A stretch of 63,257 nucleotides of DNA, filler included, from an uncultured bacterium (GTDB lineage: Bacteria > CAYJRR01): NCBI GenBank assembly GCA_964372275.1. It is 6 parts of 6 records of this genome, joined end to end, with 100 filler letters (N's around TTAATTAATTAA, not from the genome) between each part and the next. Parts side by side here need not be neighbours in the genome. Positions count along the whole stretch, not along the records: positions 43,954 to 54,477 come from CAYJRR010000151.1; positions 54,578 to 63,257 come from CAYJRR010000160.1; 4 more parts are not named here. The stretch is one strand, 5' to 3'. The notes beneath the pieces were generated by a model that saw nothing but the letters and a program-made list of their open reading frames with translations, did no database searches and was not told where the DNA came from. This document shows, piece after piece, positions 48,043-57,175 of the stretch (the stretch's first letter is position 1; each line of letters begins with the position of its first letter). Both the position numbers and the translations under genes were made by a program.

Positions 48043-48927
48043 TCATGGCGTCGCTCCGGGCCGGCGGGTCAGGTAGGCCAGGAGATCGAGGTAGGAGACG
48101 ATCCCGACCGGACGGTCCCCCTCGTCGACGACGGCGATCGCCCCGATCCGCTCGTCGGAAAGGACGTCGACCAACGTCTCGATCGTGGCGTCGAGCGTCA
48201 CCCGTACCGGCTCTTCGCTCATCACCTCGGCGACCGTGATCCCGTCCTCTTCGTCGGTCCGCTCGCGCAGTGCGAGGATCGGATCGCCGATCGCCGATCG
48301 GACGTCCCGATCGGAGAGCATCCCGACCAGCCGCCCGTCGGAGTCGACCACCGGCAGGTGGCGGATCGTGCCCTCGACCATCCGGGAGGCCGCTTCGAGC
48401 AACGAATTCTCCGGGGCGACGGCGTCGGGGTCGGGGGTCATCACGTCGCGCGCGGTCCCCCTCCGCGGCGCGATCACGGCCGACGGCTCGCTGCGATCGA
48501 GGAGGAGGTCGGAGGTGGTGACGATTCCGACGAGATCGCCGTCCTCCAACACCGGCAGGCCTTCGACCCGGTGCGCCAGCATCCGCCGGGCCGCCTCTTC
48601 GACCGGCCGATCGGGATCGATGGTCGGGACGTCGGATCGCATCGCCTCCTCGACGTGAACCGAGCCGGCCGACCACCGATCGCGCGCGGCGATGGCAGCG
48701 AGCAGGTCCCGGTCCGACAGCATCCCGACCAGTCGGCCGTGATGGAGCACGGGGAGGTGCCGCACGCCGCGCCACAACATCACCTGTCGCGCCAGGGCGA
48801 GGTCGTCGTGGGGCCGGACCGTCGTCGGCCGGCGGGTCATCACCTCGCGGACCTGTCGCCTGCGCGGCGCCTCGGCGCGCGGGGGGCGCCCGGTCGACTC
48901 CGTCGGTTCCGGCGATCGGTCGTCCAT
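48043..48927 (-). CDS. Tandem CBS-domain protein (four CBS)
   Basis: Repeated VMT..P..V, RHLPV, LVG.LSDRD, VGIVS motifs. Confidence 0.9.
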   Translation of the reverse strand: MDDRSPEPTESTGRPPRAEAPRRRQVREVMTRRPTTVRPHDDLALARQVMLWRGVRHLPVLHHGRLVGMLSDRDLLAAIAARDRWSAGSVHVEEAMRSDVPTIDPDRPVEEAARRMLAHRVEGLPVLEDGDLVGIVTTSDLLLDRSEPSAVIAPRRGTARDVMTPDPDAVAPENSLLEAASRMVEGTIRHLPVVDSDGRLVGMLSDRDVRSAIGDPILALRERTDEEDGITVAEVMSEEPVRVTLDATIETLVDVLSDERIGAIAVVDEGDRPVGIVSYLDLLAYLTRRPGATP

Positions 48928-49169
48928 CCCTTCCACAACTGCGGCGTCGCGCCCGGTGCGGCAACCGGGCGACCGGACCGGCTCCTTGCCTGGTTACTCC
49001 GTACCCCGGCCGCCCCAGGGCTGGTCGGTGGAGTTTCCGAACGACGGTTCGTCACTGCACCCAACGCTCCGATCCGGCAAGGGAATCCGCATCCGGACCG
49101 AGGTACGGGCGCTGCAGAACGTGCCGGCGTCCGACGTGACGCACCCGAGAAGGGATGGGGAGACGAGAG

Positions 49170-49811
49170 ATGTCGTACGCATGGAACCTGTTTGCCGAAC
49201 GGACGGCGATGATGTTCGACGCGGAACAGAGCTGGACGCCGATCGGCGTCGCCGTTCCGCGTTCGCGCGAACTGCAGTCCAACCTCCTGTTGTATGGCGC
49301 CGACGATCTGCCGATGCTCGAGATCGCGGGAAACCTCCGCGACCGACTCGCGGCGCGTTCGGGTCCGCTGATGTTCGGTCAGCCCGGCGTCTACTTCCAC
49401 GACCTCCGCTGCCCCGAGATCCGGTTCGGTGACAACGGACTGTGGTTGCAGATCACGGCGGTGAACGGCGCGAGGGCGGAAGAGGTCGCGCGGTTGATCG
49501 CGAACAGCCATTCGATTTCGTTCATCGCCGAGACCCGGGCTTCGGCGCGAAAGGGCACCGCGGAGTCGTTGATCCTGCTGAAGTCGCGGCTGCCGGCGAA
49601 CCGGCGGTCCCGGGTCCACCTGGTCCTGCTCGCCGGCGATGCGGCCGGACGGGAGGCGACGGAGTCGGTCCGGGTCGAGATGGGTCAGCTGTTCGGGGGG
49701 CCGTTCGCGTCGACGACCCTCCTCCGTGGCGCGGACGATCCGCGGCTGCCGGAGCTGGTCAGCGGCGTCACGGCCCACCTCGTGCGGGAGGCGAACCCCG
49801 CTCGCGCGTAG
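49170..49811 (+). CDS. Hypothetical protein
   Basis: 213-aa ORF with coding-like codon usage and a purine-rich RBS region; no recognised motif. Confidence 0.6.
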   Translation: MSYAWNLFAERTAMMFDAEQSWTPIGVAVPRSRELQSNLLLYGADDLPMLEIAGNLRDRLAARSGPLMFGQPGVYFHDLRCPEIRFGDNGLWLQITAVNGARAEEVARLIANSHSISFIAETRASARKGTAESLILLKSRLPANRRSRVHLVLLAGDAAGREATESVRVEMGQLFGGPFASTTLLRGADDPRLPELVSGVTAHLVREANPARA

Positions 49812-49833
49812 GTTGCCTGTATTCTTCGGGCGA

Positions 49834-50940
49834 ATGTCGGTCGCCTCGTTCGTGCAGCTTCTCCGCTGGCTCGGCCCCTGGACCGACCCGCGATCGAGCC
49901 CGCCCGGCGTGGAGCGGAGCGCGGTCGCCATCGCTCCGTCGACGGAAGGCGACCGCCCGCTCGACGCGTGGTTCTACCGCCCGACGGCGCGACGCGAGCG
50001 CGGCGCCTACCTGGTCGCGCCGGGGCTCCACTTCAACGGACCGGCCGATCCGCGGCTCGACCGGTTCGCGCGGGTGCTGGCGTCGGCCGGCTTCGCCACG
50101 ATGGTCCCGTTCCTTCCCGACTTCCAGCGGCTGCGCGTGGAACCGGCGGTCGTGGACGACTTCGCGCGGACCTTCGACGCGCTGGTCACGAGGATCCCGG
50201 ACGGCCGGCGTCCCGCGATCTTCGGCATCTCCTTCGGTTCCCTCCCGGCGCTGGGTCTGGCCGCGCGCCCCGGCTATGCCGAACGGATCGCGCGGGTGAT
50301 CGTCTTCGGCGGATACGCCGACTTCCGCGCGACGATCCGTCACGCGATCGGCGGCGAGGGGCGGCCGCCGGATCCGTTGAGTCTCCCCGCGGTCTTCATG
50401 AACCTGGTCGAAGGGATTCCGGGCGCGCCCGACGACACGGCGCGCCTCCGCGAAGCGTGGCTGTCGTTCGCGCGCCAGACCTGGGGACGCCCCGAGATGA
50501 AACGGGACGGGCGGCACGTCGAGGTCGCGAAGCGCCTCGCCGCCGACCTTCCGGAGCCCGAGCGGGATCTGTTCCTCCTCGGAACGCGGTCGATCGGGCC
50601 TGCCGCCGGCCATGGCGGTTCGGCCGCGCGGGCGCGGGCCGCGTGCGAGGCGGCGCTCGATCGCCTCGCCACGCGCGCCGCCTCGCTCGACCTGTCGGGC
50701 CGGCTCGGCGGCGTTCGCGCCCCCGTCCACCTGTTCCACGGGATCGACGACGACGTCATCCCGGCGACGCAGGCCGAGGCGATCCGCGCCTTGCTTCCTT
50801 CGGAGGCGGCGGTGGAGGTGCGCTACACGGGGCTGTTCGGCCACGCCGATCGCGCCGACGGTGCGCTCCTCGGGCGCGGCATCGCCTTGGCGAAGGAGCT
50901 GGTGACGATGCTGCGGATGCTGAAGGCCCTCTCCGGCTAG
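49834..50940 (+). CDS. Alpha/beta-fold hydrolase
   Basis: GISFG nucleophile elbow, LFHGIDDDVIP acid, LFGH His. Confidence 0.8.
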   Translation: MSVASFVQLLRWLGPWTDPRSSPPGVERSAVAIAPSTEGDRPLDAWFYRPTARRERGAYLVAPGLHFNGPADPRLDRFARVLASAGFATMVPFLPDFQRLRVEPAVVDDFARTFDALVTRIPDGRRPAIFGISFGSLPALGLAARPGYAERIARVIVFGGYADFRATIRHAIGGEGRPPDPLSLPAVFMNLVEGIPGAPDDTARLREAWLSFARQTWGRPEMKRDGRHVEVAKRLAADLPEPERDLFLLGTRSIGPAAGHGGSAARARAACEAALDRLATRAASLDLSGRLGGVRAPVHLFHGIDDDVIPATQAEAIRALLPSEAAVEVRYTGLFGHADRADGALLGRGIALAKELVTMLRMLKALSG

Positions 50941-50950
50941 GGTGGGCGGT

Positions 50951-51034
50951 CGCCCCTTCGGGGCGCTGGGAGCCTCTGACCGGGGCGAAAGAGTCCCTCG
51001 CCACGGCTCCCTGGGGGCCTCCCCCATACCCCCT
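50951..51034. terminator. Multi-hairpin element between convergent genes (terminator/REP-like)
   Basis: CGCCCC-TTCG-GGGCG hairpin; GGGAGCC...GGCTCCC stem enclosing GGCGA..TCGCC; GGGGG-CCT-CCCCC. Confidence 0.35.
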
Positions 51035-52421
51035 ATAGCCAGAGGTGGAGCATCAGGATCGCGTCCTCGGCGCTCGGGCGTTCGGCGAGGTAACTCCGCC
51101 GGTACTGGAGCACGAGCTGGGTGTGGGTCACCGGGTTCCATTCCACGCCGGCGGTGTAGCGGTGGCGGTGGTCGTCCTTGAGATCGATGTCGTTGTCGAG
51201 CCAGTCGTACTTGAGCTGCAGCTGGAGCGCGAACGGCAGCGAGAACTGCAGCTCGTGCAAGGCGTACATCGCGGCGGAGGTCCGCTCCGCGCTCGGATCG
51301 TCGACGCGCGAGCGGTAGTCGACCTGCGCCAGCCAGATCAGCGGATAGGCGTTCAAGGCCCACAGCGGACCGACGCTGACCTCCTGGCCGCCGTCGGTGA
51401 GATCGAGCCACTGGGCGCTCATTCCGGCGTGCAGGGCGAGGTTGCGGTAGCCGCCGGTGAAGGCGGCGCCGTACCCTTCGGTCGTGTCGTCACCGGGCCA
51501 GTCGTCGACCCCCTGGTAGAAGAGGGCCAGGTTCCCGTAGGGGTAGTTGGCGTTGAAACCGGTCTCCACGCCGAACGCCTGCGAGTTCTGGTCGAACCCC
51601 TCCTCCCGCCGGATGAAGCTGGTGTGGTCGGGGATGCGCCAGCCGTAGGGCTTGTGGAAGCGGCCGAATCGCATGTAGCCGCCGTACGGGAGCTCCCCCG
51701 CTTCGACGAACAGCTCGCGCATCGCGAGCAGCTCCTCGATCGAGGAGCTCGCCTCCTTCGGATCGCGGACCGTCCGGCGGGACCTCCCTTGCAGTCCGAC
51801 GGTGGCGTAGAGCTTCAGGTGGTCGGTCGGCTTCACCATCCCGTACAGGTCGGCCTGCATCGGGAAGACGGCCGACGGCCCGGCCCCCTTTCCGAGTGGG
51901 AAGTACCCCATCATACGGAAGTCGGCGCCGACCCCGACACGCGGGACCGGCGCGATGTCGCCGAAGCGATCGCGGATCGCCTCCAGCGGGTGGGTCCCCT
52001 CCTTCCAGCCCGAGAAGCCCTTCCACAGGCGGAACTCGGTCGGACCGGTGGTGTCGTCGGCGGAACGGTAGGCCTCGGGATCTCCTTTCTTCGACGGCCG
52101 GTCCCCCTTCATCGGCAACGTTTCGTGCCCGTAGTAGGAGCCGGCCGGCTTCCGCAAACCGCCGCCGGTCGCGCTTTCGTGGCACCCGGAGCAGTCGAGC
52201 GTGCAGCGGCGGAACTTGAACTCCGGGTTCTTCCACCCGATCGGCTCGATGTGGCAGGTGCGGCAGGTCGCCGCGGAGCGGACGGCGTGGAACGGAGTCG
52301 CCTCGGCAACGCCAGGAAAAATCAGAATGAATAGAAGGAACGGAAAGTGAGAACGGAAAATGGAAAATGGATAATGGATAATGAAAAATGAAAAATGAAA
52401 AACCGGAGGCGTCGGCCTCAT
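51033..52421 (-). CDS. Diheme c-type cytochrome fused to a predicted outer-membrane beta-barrel
   Basis: Signal ending AEA; CRTCH and CSGCH followed by GGGLR..G.YYG; RFGRF..PYG; amphipathic strands; C-terminal MLHLWL. Start ATG 52421 inferred. Confidence 0.75.
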   Translation of the reverse strand: MRPTPPVFHFSFFIIHYPFSIFRSHFPFLLFILIFPGVAEATPFHAVRSAATCRTCHIEPIGWKNPEFKFRRCTLDCSGCHESATGGGLRKPAGSYYGHETLPMKGDRPSKKGDPEAYRSADDTTGPTEFRLWKGFSGWKEGTHPLEAIRDRFGDIAPVPRVGVGADFRMMGYFPLGKGAGPSAVFPMQADLYGMVKPTDHLKLYATVGLQGRSRRTVRDPKEASSSIEELLAMRELFVEAGELPYGGYMRFGRFHKPYGWRIPDHTSFIRREEGFDQNSQAFGVETGFNANYPYGNLALFYQGVDDWPGDDTTEGYGAAFTGGYRNLALHAGMSAQWLDLTDGGQEVSVGPLWALNAYPLIWLAQVDYRSRVDDPSAERTSAAMYALHELQFSLPFALQLQLKYDWLDNDIDLKDDHRHRYTAGVEWNPVTHTQLVLQYRRSYLAERPSAEDAILMLHLWL

Positions 52422-52460
52422 TGGCCGGTTTTCCATTTTCCATTTTTCATTTTCCATTTC
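52354..52460. repeat. Inverted heptamer-array hairpin (AAAATGG/AAAATGA units facing CCATTTT units)
   Basis: About 6-7 heptamers, then AAAACCGG-loop-CCGGTTTT, then about 4 complementary heptamers; AT-rich island in GC-rich DNA. Confidence 0.9.
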
Positions 52461-52482
52461 AGGTCCACTGCGGCGCATCAAC

Positions 52483-54051
52483 TCACCGCGGCGGGACGAA
52501 TCCCGGAACGACGCGCCCATCCGCATCGAGCATCACCACCTCCCCCGCCCCCAGCTCCCCTTCGGCCAACAGCTCCTTCACCTTCGGAAGGACCGTCTTC
52601 GCATCGCCGACCACCAGGACGCGCACCTCGTCCGGCTTGAGGTGCGACTTGGCGGCGGCGACGACGTGATCCTTGGTGATCGCCTGGATCGCCGGGACGA
52701 AGCCGTCGTACCAGTTCAAGGGCAGCCCGTAGTAGTGCAGCGATCGGAACGTCCCCAACACCTCGCCGCCCGTCTCCCAGTCCCCGGGCAGCGAGAGGAT
52801 CGTTCCTTCCCGCGCGCGGATGAGCTCCTCGTCGGCGACCGGACCCTCCTTCATCTTCCGGATCTCGACGAGCAGCTCGTGGATCGACTCCTTGGTGACG
52901 TCGGCCCGTACGGAGCTCCGCGCGGAGAAGAGGCTCCCGATGCGGTTGTAGCCGAAGGTTCCGTAGGCGCCGTAGGCGTAGCCCTTCGCCTCCCGCAGAT
53001 TCATGTTGATCCGGCTGGAGAAGTCACCGCCGAGGATCAGCGACATCAGGTAGGTGGCGTGGTAGTCGGCGGCGTTCCGCGCCGGACCGTGGTGCATCAC
53101 CCGCACCACCGACTGCGGCGCCCCGGCGACGTCGACGAAGAACAGCTTTCCCGCGCGCGGCGAGGGCGGCGGGATCGGGGCCGACCGTTTCGGGGCGCCC
53201 TTCCACGAGGCGAGCCGCTTCCCGATCCTGTCGACCACCTCCTGCCGGGTCAGGTCGCCGACCACCCACAGCTGCGCCCCTTTCGGCTGGACGTACGTCT
53301 TCACGTGCGTCTTGCAGTCGTCGAGCGCGATCGCCTTCGTCGAGGCCTCGGTGTGAATCCGTCCGTACGGGTGCCGCTCGCCGAAGGCGATCCCCCCGGC
53401 CACCCGGCCGGCGACCCCCTCCGCGGAGGCGCGGACTTGGTTCAACGACTCGAGCCGGAGCTTCACGTTCCGGTCGAAGTCGGCCTTGCGCATCCCCGGC
53501 GTGAGCAGCGTGTCGACCCACAGATCGAGCGTCGGCTCGAAATTGCGGGTCAACGAGCTCATCGAGACGTGCTGCTGGTCGACCCCCGCCGAGCTCGAGA
53601 TCCGCGAGGCGAGATCGGCCTGCGCCTCCTCGAACGGGACCTTCTCCAAGCGCCGGGTCCCTTCGCTCATCAGCCCCATGCAGAGCGTCGCGAGGCCGTC
53701 CTTGCCCGCCGGATCGTCGATCGAGCCTCCGGGGAAGGTCAGGTCGATCGAGACGGTCGGAAGCTCGTGCCGTTCGACGAGGAAGACGTCGATGCCGTTG
53801 GGGAGCGCGAATGTCTGGATCGCCGGCGCCTTGAAGTCGCGGATCGCGCCGGGCTCCGGCTGTCGGGCGCGGAACGCCTCTCCGGCGGGGAACGCCGCCG
53901 TCGCGACCGTCTTCGTCGCCGGAGGACCGCCCTTGGGGCCGCAGCCGAACGCCGGCAGGACCAGGAGCGCGAGCGCGAGGCCGCCTCGACGGGCCGGACG
54001 GCCGATCGCGCGCGGAGCGGTCGTTCGAACGGACGCGAGCGGGGCCATCAC
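52483..54051 (-). CDS. M16 (pitrilysin) family peptidase subunit, lipoprotein, lacking HXXEH
   Basis: LPNGI.V.LVE.HELP.V, GLA.L...LM.EGT, HPYG, ILGG.FSSRINMNLREAKGYAYG. Confidence 0.9.
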   Translation of the reverse strand: MMAPLASVRTTAPRAIGRPARRGGLALALLVLPAFGCGPKGGPPATKTVATAAFPAGEAFRARQPEPGAIRDFKAPAIQTFALPNGIDVFLVERHELPTVSIDLTFPGGSIDDPAGKDGLATLCMGLMSEGTRRLEKVPFEEAQADLASRISSSAGVDQQHVSMSSLTRNFEPTLDLWVDTLLTPGMRKADFDRNVKLRLESLNQVRASAEGVAGRVAGGIAFGERHPYGRIHTEASTKAIALDDCKTHVKTYVQPKGAQLWVVGDLTRQEVVDRIGKRLASWKGAPKRSAPIPPPSPRAGKLFFVDVAGAPQSVVRVMHHGPARNAADYHATYLMSLILGGDFSSRINMNLREAKGYAYGAYGTFGYNRIGSLFSARSSVRADVTKESIHELLVEIRKMKEGPVADEELIRAREGTILSLPGDWETGGEVLGTFRSLHYYGLPLNWYDGFVPAIQAITKDHVVAAAKSHLKPDEVRVLVVGDAKTVLPKVKELLAEGELGAGEVVMLDADGRVVPGFVPPR

Positions 54052-54477
54052 TTGGTCTCCTTCTTCGCCGGAAGGGTGAGCACTTCGGCCCGCTTCCCCT
54101 TTTCCAGGGTCTGGGCCGCCACCGACCGCACCCTCTCCGGATCGCTCTTCCGGTACCGGTCGAGGTCGGCGGTGATGCTGTCCGGACTTCCCAGGTAGTG
54201 GTTGTAGGCCTGCAGCGCTTCGGCGCGCGCGAGCACGCTCTCCAGCCCCCAGACGAACGACGACTCGGCGCCGACGACCGCGCGGTCGAACTCGCGGCGG
54301 GTGATCGGCTCGGCGCGCAGCCGCTCGATCTCCTCTTCGAGGATCCGTTCCACCTTCTCGAGCGGCGTCTCGCTCTTGAGGTCGACCACCACGTTGAAGG
54401 TGCTCGAGAAGCCGGTGCTCTGCTGGTAGACGCTCACCCCTTGGGCGAGCTGGGTCTCCAGGACCAGGATCTTGTAG
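54048..54477 (-). CDS. M16 family peptidase, C-terminal fragment
   Basis: LYKILV.ETQLAQ.VS, EEIERL..EPI..REF.RA, RA..L..Y, DL.RY; translationally coupled to the next M16 gene. Confidence 0.85.
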
Positions 54478-54577
54478 NNNNNNNNNNNNNNNNNNNNNNN
54501 NNNNNNNNNNNNNNNNNNNNNTTAATTAATTAANNNNNNNNNNNNNNNNNNNNNNNNNNNNNNNNNNNNNNNNNNNN
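54478..54577. other. Artificial contig spacer
   Basis: N run with TTAATTAATTAA. Confidence 0.99.
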
Positions 54578-55343
54578 TGAACTCGTCGGTCGTCCCGCCG
54601 GCGTACGACGTCGTCACGGCCTCGTCCCCGGAGCGCGCGGGGACCCCCTCGCCGTGGACCATCGCGTCCCACGCCCGCTTCACCCGGTCCCACCGCTTGT
54701 CGCGGTCCATGGCGAAGTAGCGTCCGCAGACCGTCGCCACACCGGCGCGGAATCCCGCCGGACCGCCGCCGCTCGCCGCCGCGGCGGTCGACCCGCCGGA
54801 CCCGCTCGGCGCCGCAGCCGCCACCGCCGCCAGCCGCTCCTGGAGCGACCGCAGGAAGCCTTGGCCGCTCTTGGGCGGCGTGTCGCGTCCATCGGTGAAG
54901 GCGTGGACCCAGACCTCGGCCACCCCCTCCCGTTTCGCCAGCGCCACCATCGCCAGAAGATGCTCGAAACTGGCATGGACGCCGCCGGTCGAGACCAGCC
55001 CCATCAGGTGAAGGCGGCCGGAACCGGCCTTCGCGCGCGCGCACAGTTCGAGGAGAACGGGATTGGTGAAAAACGATCCGTCCTTCACCGCGAGATCGAT
55101 GCGCGTCAGGTCCTGGTAGACGATCCGGCCGGCGCCGATGTTCTGGTGGCCGACCTCGGAGTTCCCCATCTGTTCGTCGGGAAGGCCGACCGCCAGTCCG
55201 CTCGTCTTCAGCGGCGCACGCGGGTAGTCGCGCAACAGCCGGTCGAGCACCGGCATCCTCGCCATCGCCACCGCGTTGCCGTGCCGCTCCTCGCGCAGCG
55301 CGAAGCCGTCGAGGATCACCAGGACGACGGGACGAACCCCCAC
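54578..55343 (-). CDS. gpmI: 2,3-bisphosphoglycerate-independent phosphoglycerate mutase, 3' truncated
   Basis: LVILDG, QMGNSEVGH.NIGAGR, GGVH, DGRDTPP, GRYFAMDRDKRW, TDEF. Confidence 0.96.
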
Positions 55344-55356
55344 GAACGGCTGTGTA

Positions 55357-55740
55357 TCACGCGAACTGGGCGTAGCCCACGTCGCGCTTGCGGTCGTACC
55401 CCGGGATCTCGAGGTGCGGCGCCTCCGGCCACAGCCCCTCGATGTCGTAGTTGGCCCGGATCGGGTCGTAGAAGACGTGCAGCACCACGTCGCCGAAATC
55501 GAGCAGCACCCACCGGCCGCTCTCCATCCCTTCGATCCCCCGGCACTTCACCCCGACCTGCGCCATCGCCTTTTCGATCCCATGGGCCAGCGCCGTCACC
55601 TGACGGTCCGACGATCCGCTGCAGACGACGACGAAATCCGCGTACGAGGCCAGGTTTCGAACGTCCAGGATCGCCAGGTCGATTGCCTTCTTGTCCAACG
55701 CCGCCGCCGCGATCTGAAGGGCCGTCTGTTTTGCGTCGAT
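55357..55740 (-). CDS. rsfS: Ribosome silencing factor
   Basis: DKKA.D..ILDV, DFVVVCSG.S.RQV, EG....WVLLDFGDVVLHVF....R..YDIE.LW; probable ATC start 9 nt after GGAGG. Confidence 0.92.
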   Translation of the reverse strand: MDAKQTALQIAAAALDKKAIDLAILDVRNLASYADFVVVCSGSSDRQVTALAHGIEKAMAQVGVKCRGIEGMESGRWVLLDFGDVVLHVFYDPIRANYDIEGLWPEAPHLEIPGYDRKRDVGYAQFA

Positions 55741-55906
55741 GGTGGGTGTCCTCCGGGTGGTTTGAAGAGGGCTACGATTCTTCAACAATTCTATTACCCG
55801 TACCGGGGGGCGGCAATCGGCCCGGCGCGCCCGGCCGACGATTCCAAAAGGCCCGACCGGGGGCTCGTTTAGGGGCATCGGAGGCCCCGAAAGACCGCGA
55901 CACCTT

Positions 55907-57175
55907 CTAGAGATCGCCCCGGAGGTGGCCGTCGGCGAGGACGACGAACTTCCGTCCGGTCAGCTCCCGCGCCCCCATCGGTCCGAAGGCGTGCAGCTTG
56001 GTGGTGCTGATCCCGAGCTCGGCCCCGAGCCCCAGCACCCCCCCGTCGTTCAGCCGGGTCGATCCGTTGACGATCACCGCCGAGGCGTCGACCTCGCGCT
56101 GGAAGCGGCGCGCCGCGCCGAGATCGCGGGTGACGATCGCTTCGGTGTGGCGGCTGCCGTGACGGGCGATGTGCTCCAACGCCTCGTCGAAACCGTCGAC
56201 CACCCGCGCCGCCATCACCGGCGCCAGGAACTCGCGCCCGAAGTCGTCGGGCCGGGCCGGAACCACCCGGCGGTCGGCGGCGGCGAACGCGGCGTCGCCG
56301 CGGATCTCCACCCCGCGCGCGGAGAGCGCGTCGATCACCGGCGGGAGGAAGCGATCGCGCACGGAGGCGTGCACCAGCAGCGCCTCGGCCGCGTTGCAGA
56401 CGGCCGGGTTCTGCGCCTTGGCGTCGACCACGATCCGCGCCGCGAGTTCGAGATCGGCCGCCGCGTCGACGTAGACGTGGCAGACCCCGCGCGCATGACG
56501 CAACACCGGCATCCGCGCGTGCCGCGCGACGAAGTCGATCAACGACTCCCCACCCCGCGGAACCACCAGGTCGATCCGGTCGTCCATTTCCAACAGGGCG
56601 AGCACGTCTTCGCGGTCGGGACGCGGCACGACGTGAAGCCAGCCGGCCGGCACGCCGGCCCGTTCGGCGGCTTCGCAGAGCGCCGTTCCGATCGCCACGT
56701 TGCTGCGCAACGCCTCGCGCCCTCCGCGCAGGATCGCCGCGTTCCCGCTCTTGAGGCACAGGCCCGCCGCGTCGGAGGTGGCGTTCGGCCGCGCCTCGTA
56801 GATCATGGCGATCACCCCGAGCGGGACGCGCATCCGGCCCACCTCCAGTCCGTTCGGACGGCGCACCACCTCCTCCACCGCGCCGATCGGGTCGGGCTGC
56901 GCGGCGATCTCCTCCAGCGCCGCCGCCATCCCCTCCACCTTGGCCGCGTCGAGCGACAGCCGCTTCCGCATCGGGGGCGAGATCGCCTCTTCTCCGGTCG
57001 CGCGGTCGGCGTCGGCCAGGTCGCGCGCGTTGGCCTCGAGGATCTCCGGGGCCTTCTCCCGGACCGCCGCCGCCATGGCGAGGAGCGCCGCGTCTTTCAC
57101 CCGGCCGGGCAGCGTCGCGAGACGGCGAGACGCCTCCTTCGCACGGTCCGCCGCCTGTCGCATCGGTGTGCTCAC
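55907..57175 (-). CDS. proA: Gamma-glutamyl phosphate reductase
   Basis: VPLGVIAMIYEARPN, CLKSGNA.ILRGG, VCNAAE, HTEAI, N.STR.NDG, GAELGIST.KLHA.GPMG. Confidence 0.96.
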   Translation of the reverse strand: MSTPMRQAADRAKEASRRLATLPGRVKDAALLAMAAAVREKAPEILEANARDLADADRATGEEAISPPMRKRLSLDAAKVEGMAAALEEIAAQPDPIGAVEEVVRRPNGLEVGRMRVPLGVIAMIYEARPNATSDAAGLCLKSGNAAILRGGREALRSNVAIGTALCEAAERAGVPAGWLHVVPRPDREDVLALLEMDDRIDLVVPRGGESLIDFVARHARMPVLRHARGVCHVYVDAAADLELAARIVVDAKAQNPAVCNAAEALLVHASVRDRFLPPVIDALSARGVEIRGDAAFAAADRRVVPARPDDFGREFLAPVMAARVVDGFDEALEHIARHGSRHTEAIVTRDLGAARRFQREVDASAVIVNGSTRLNDGGVLGLGAELGISTTKLHAFGPMGARELTGRKFVVLADGHLRGDL

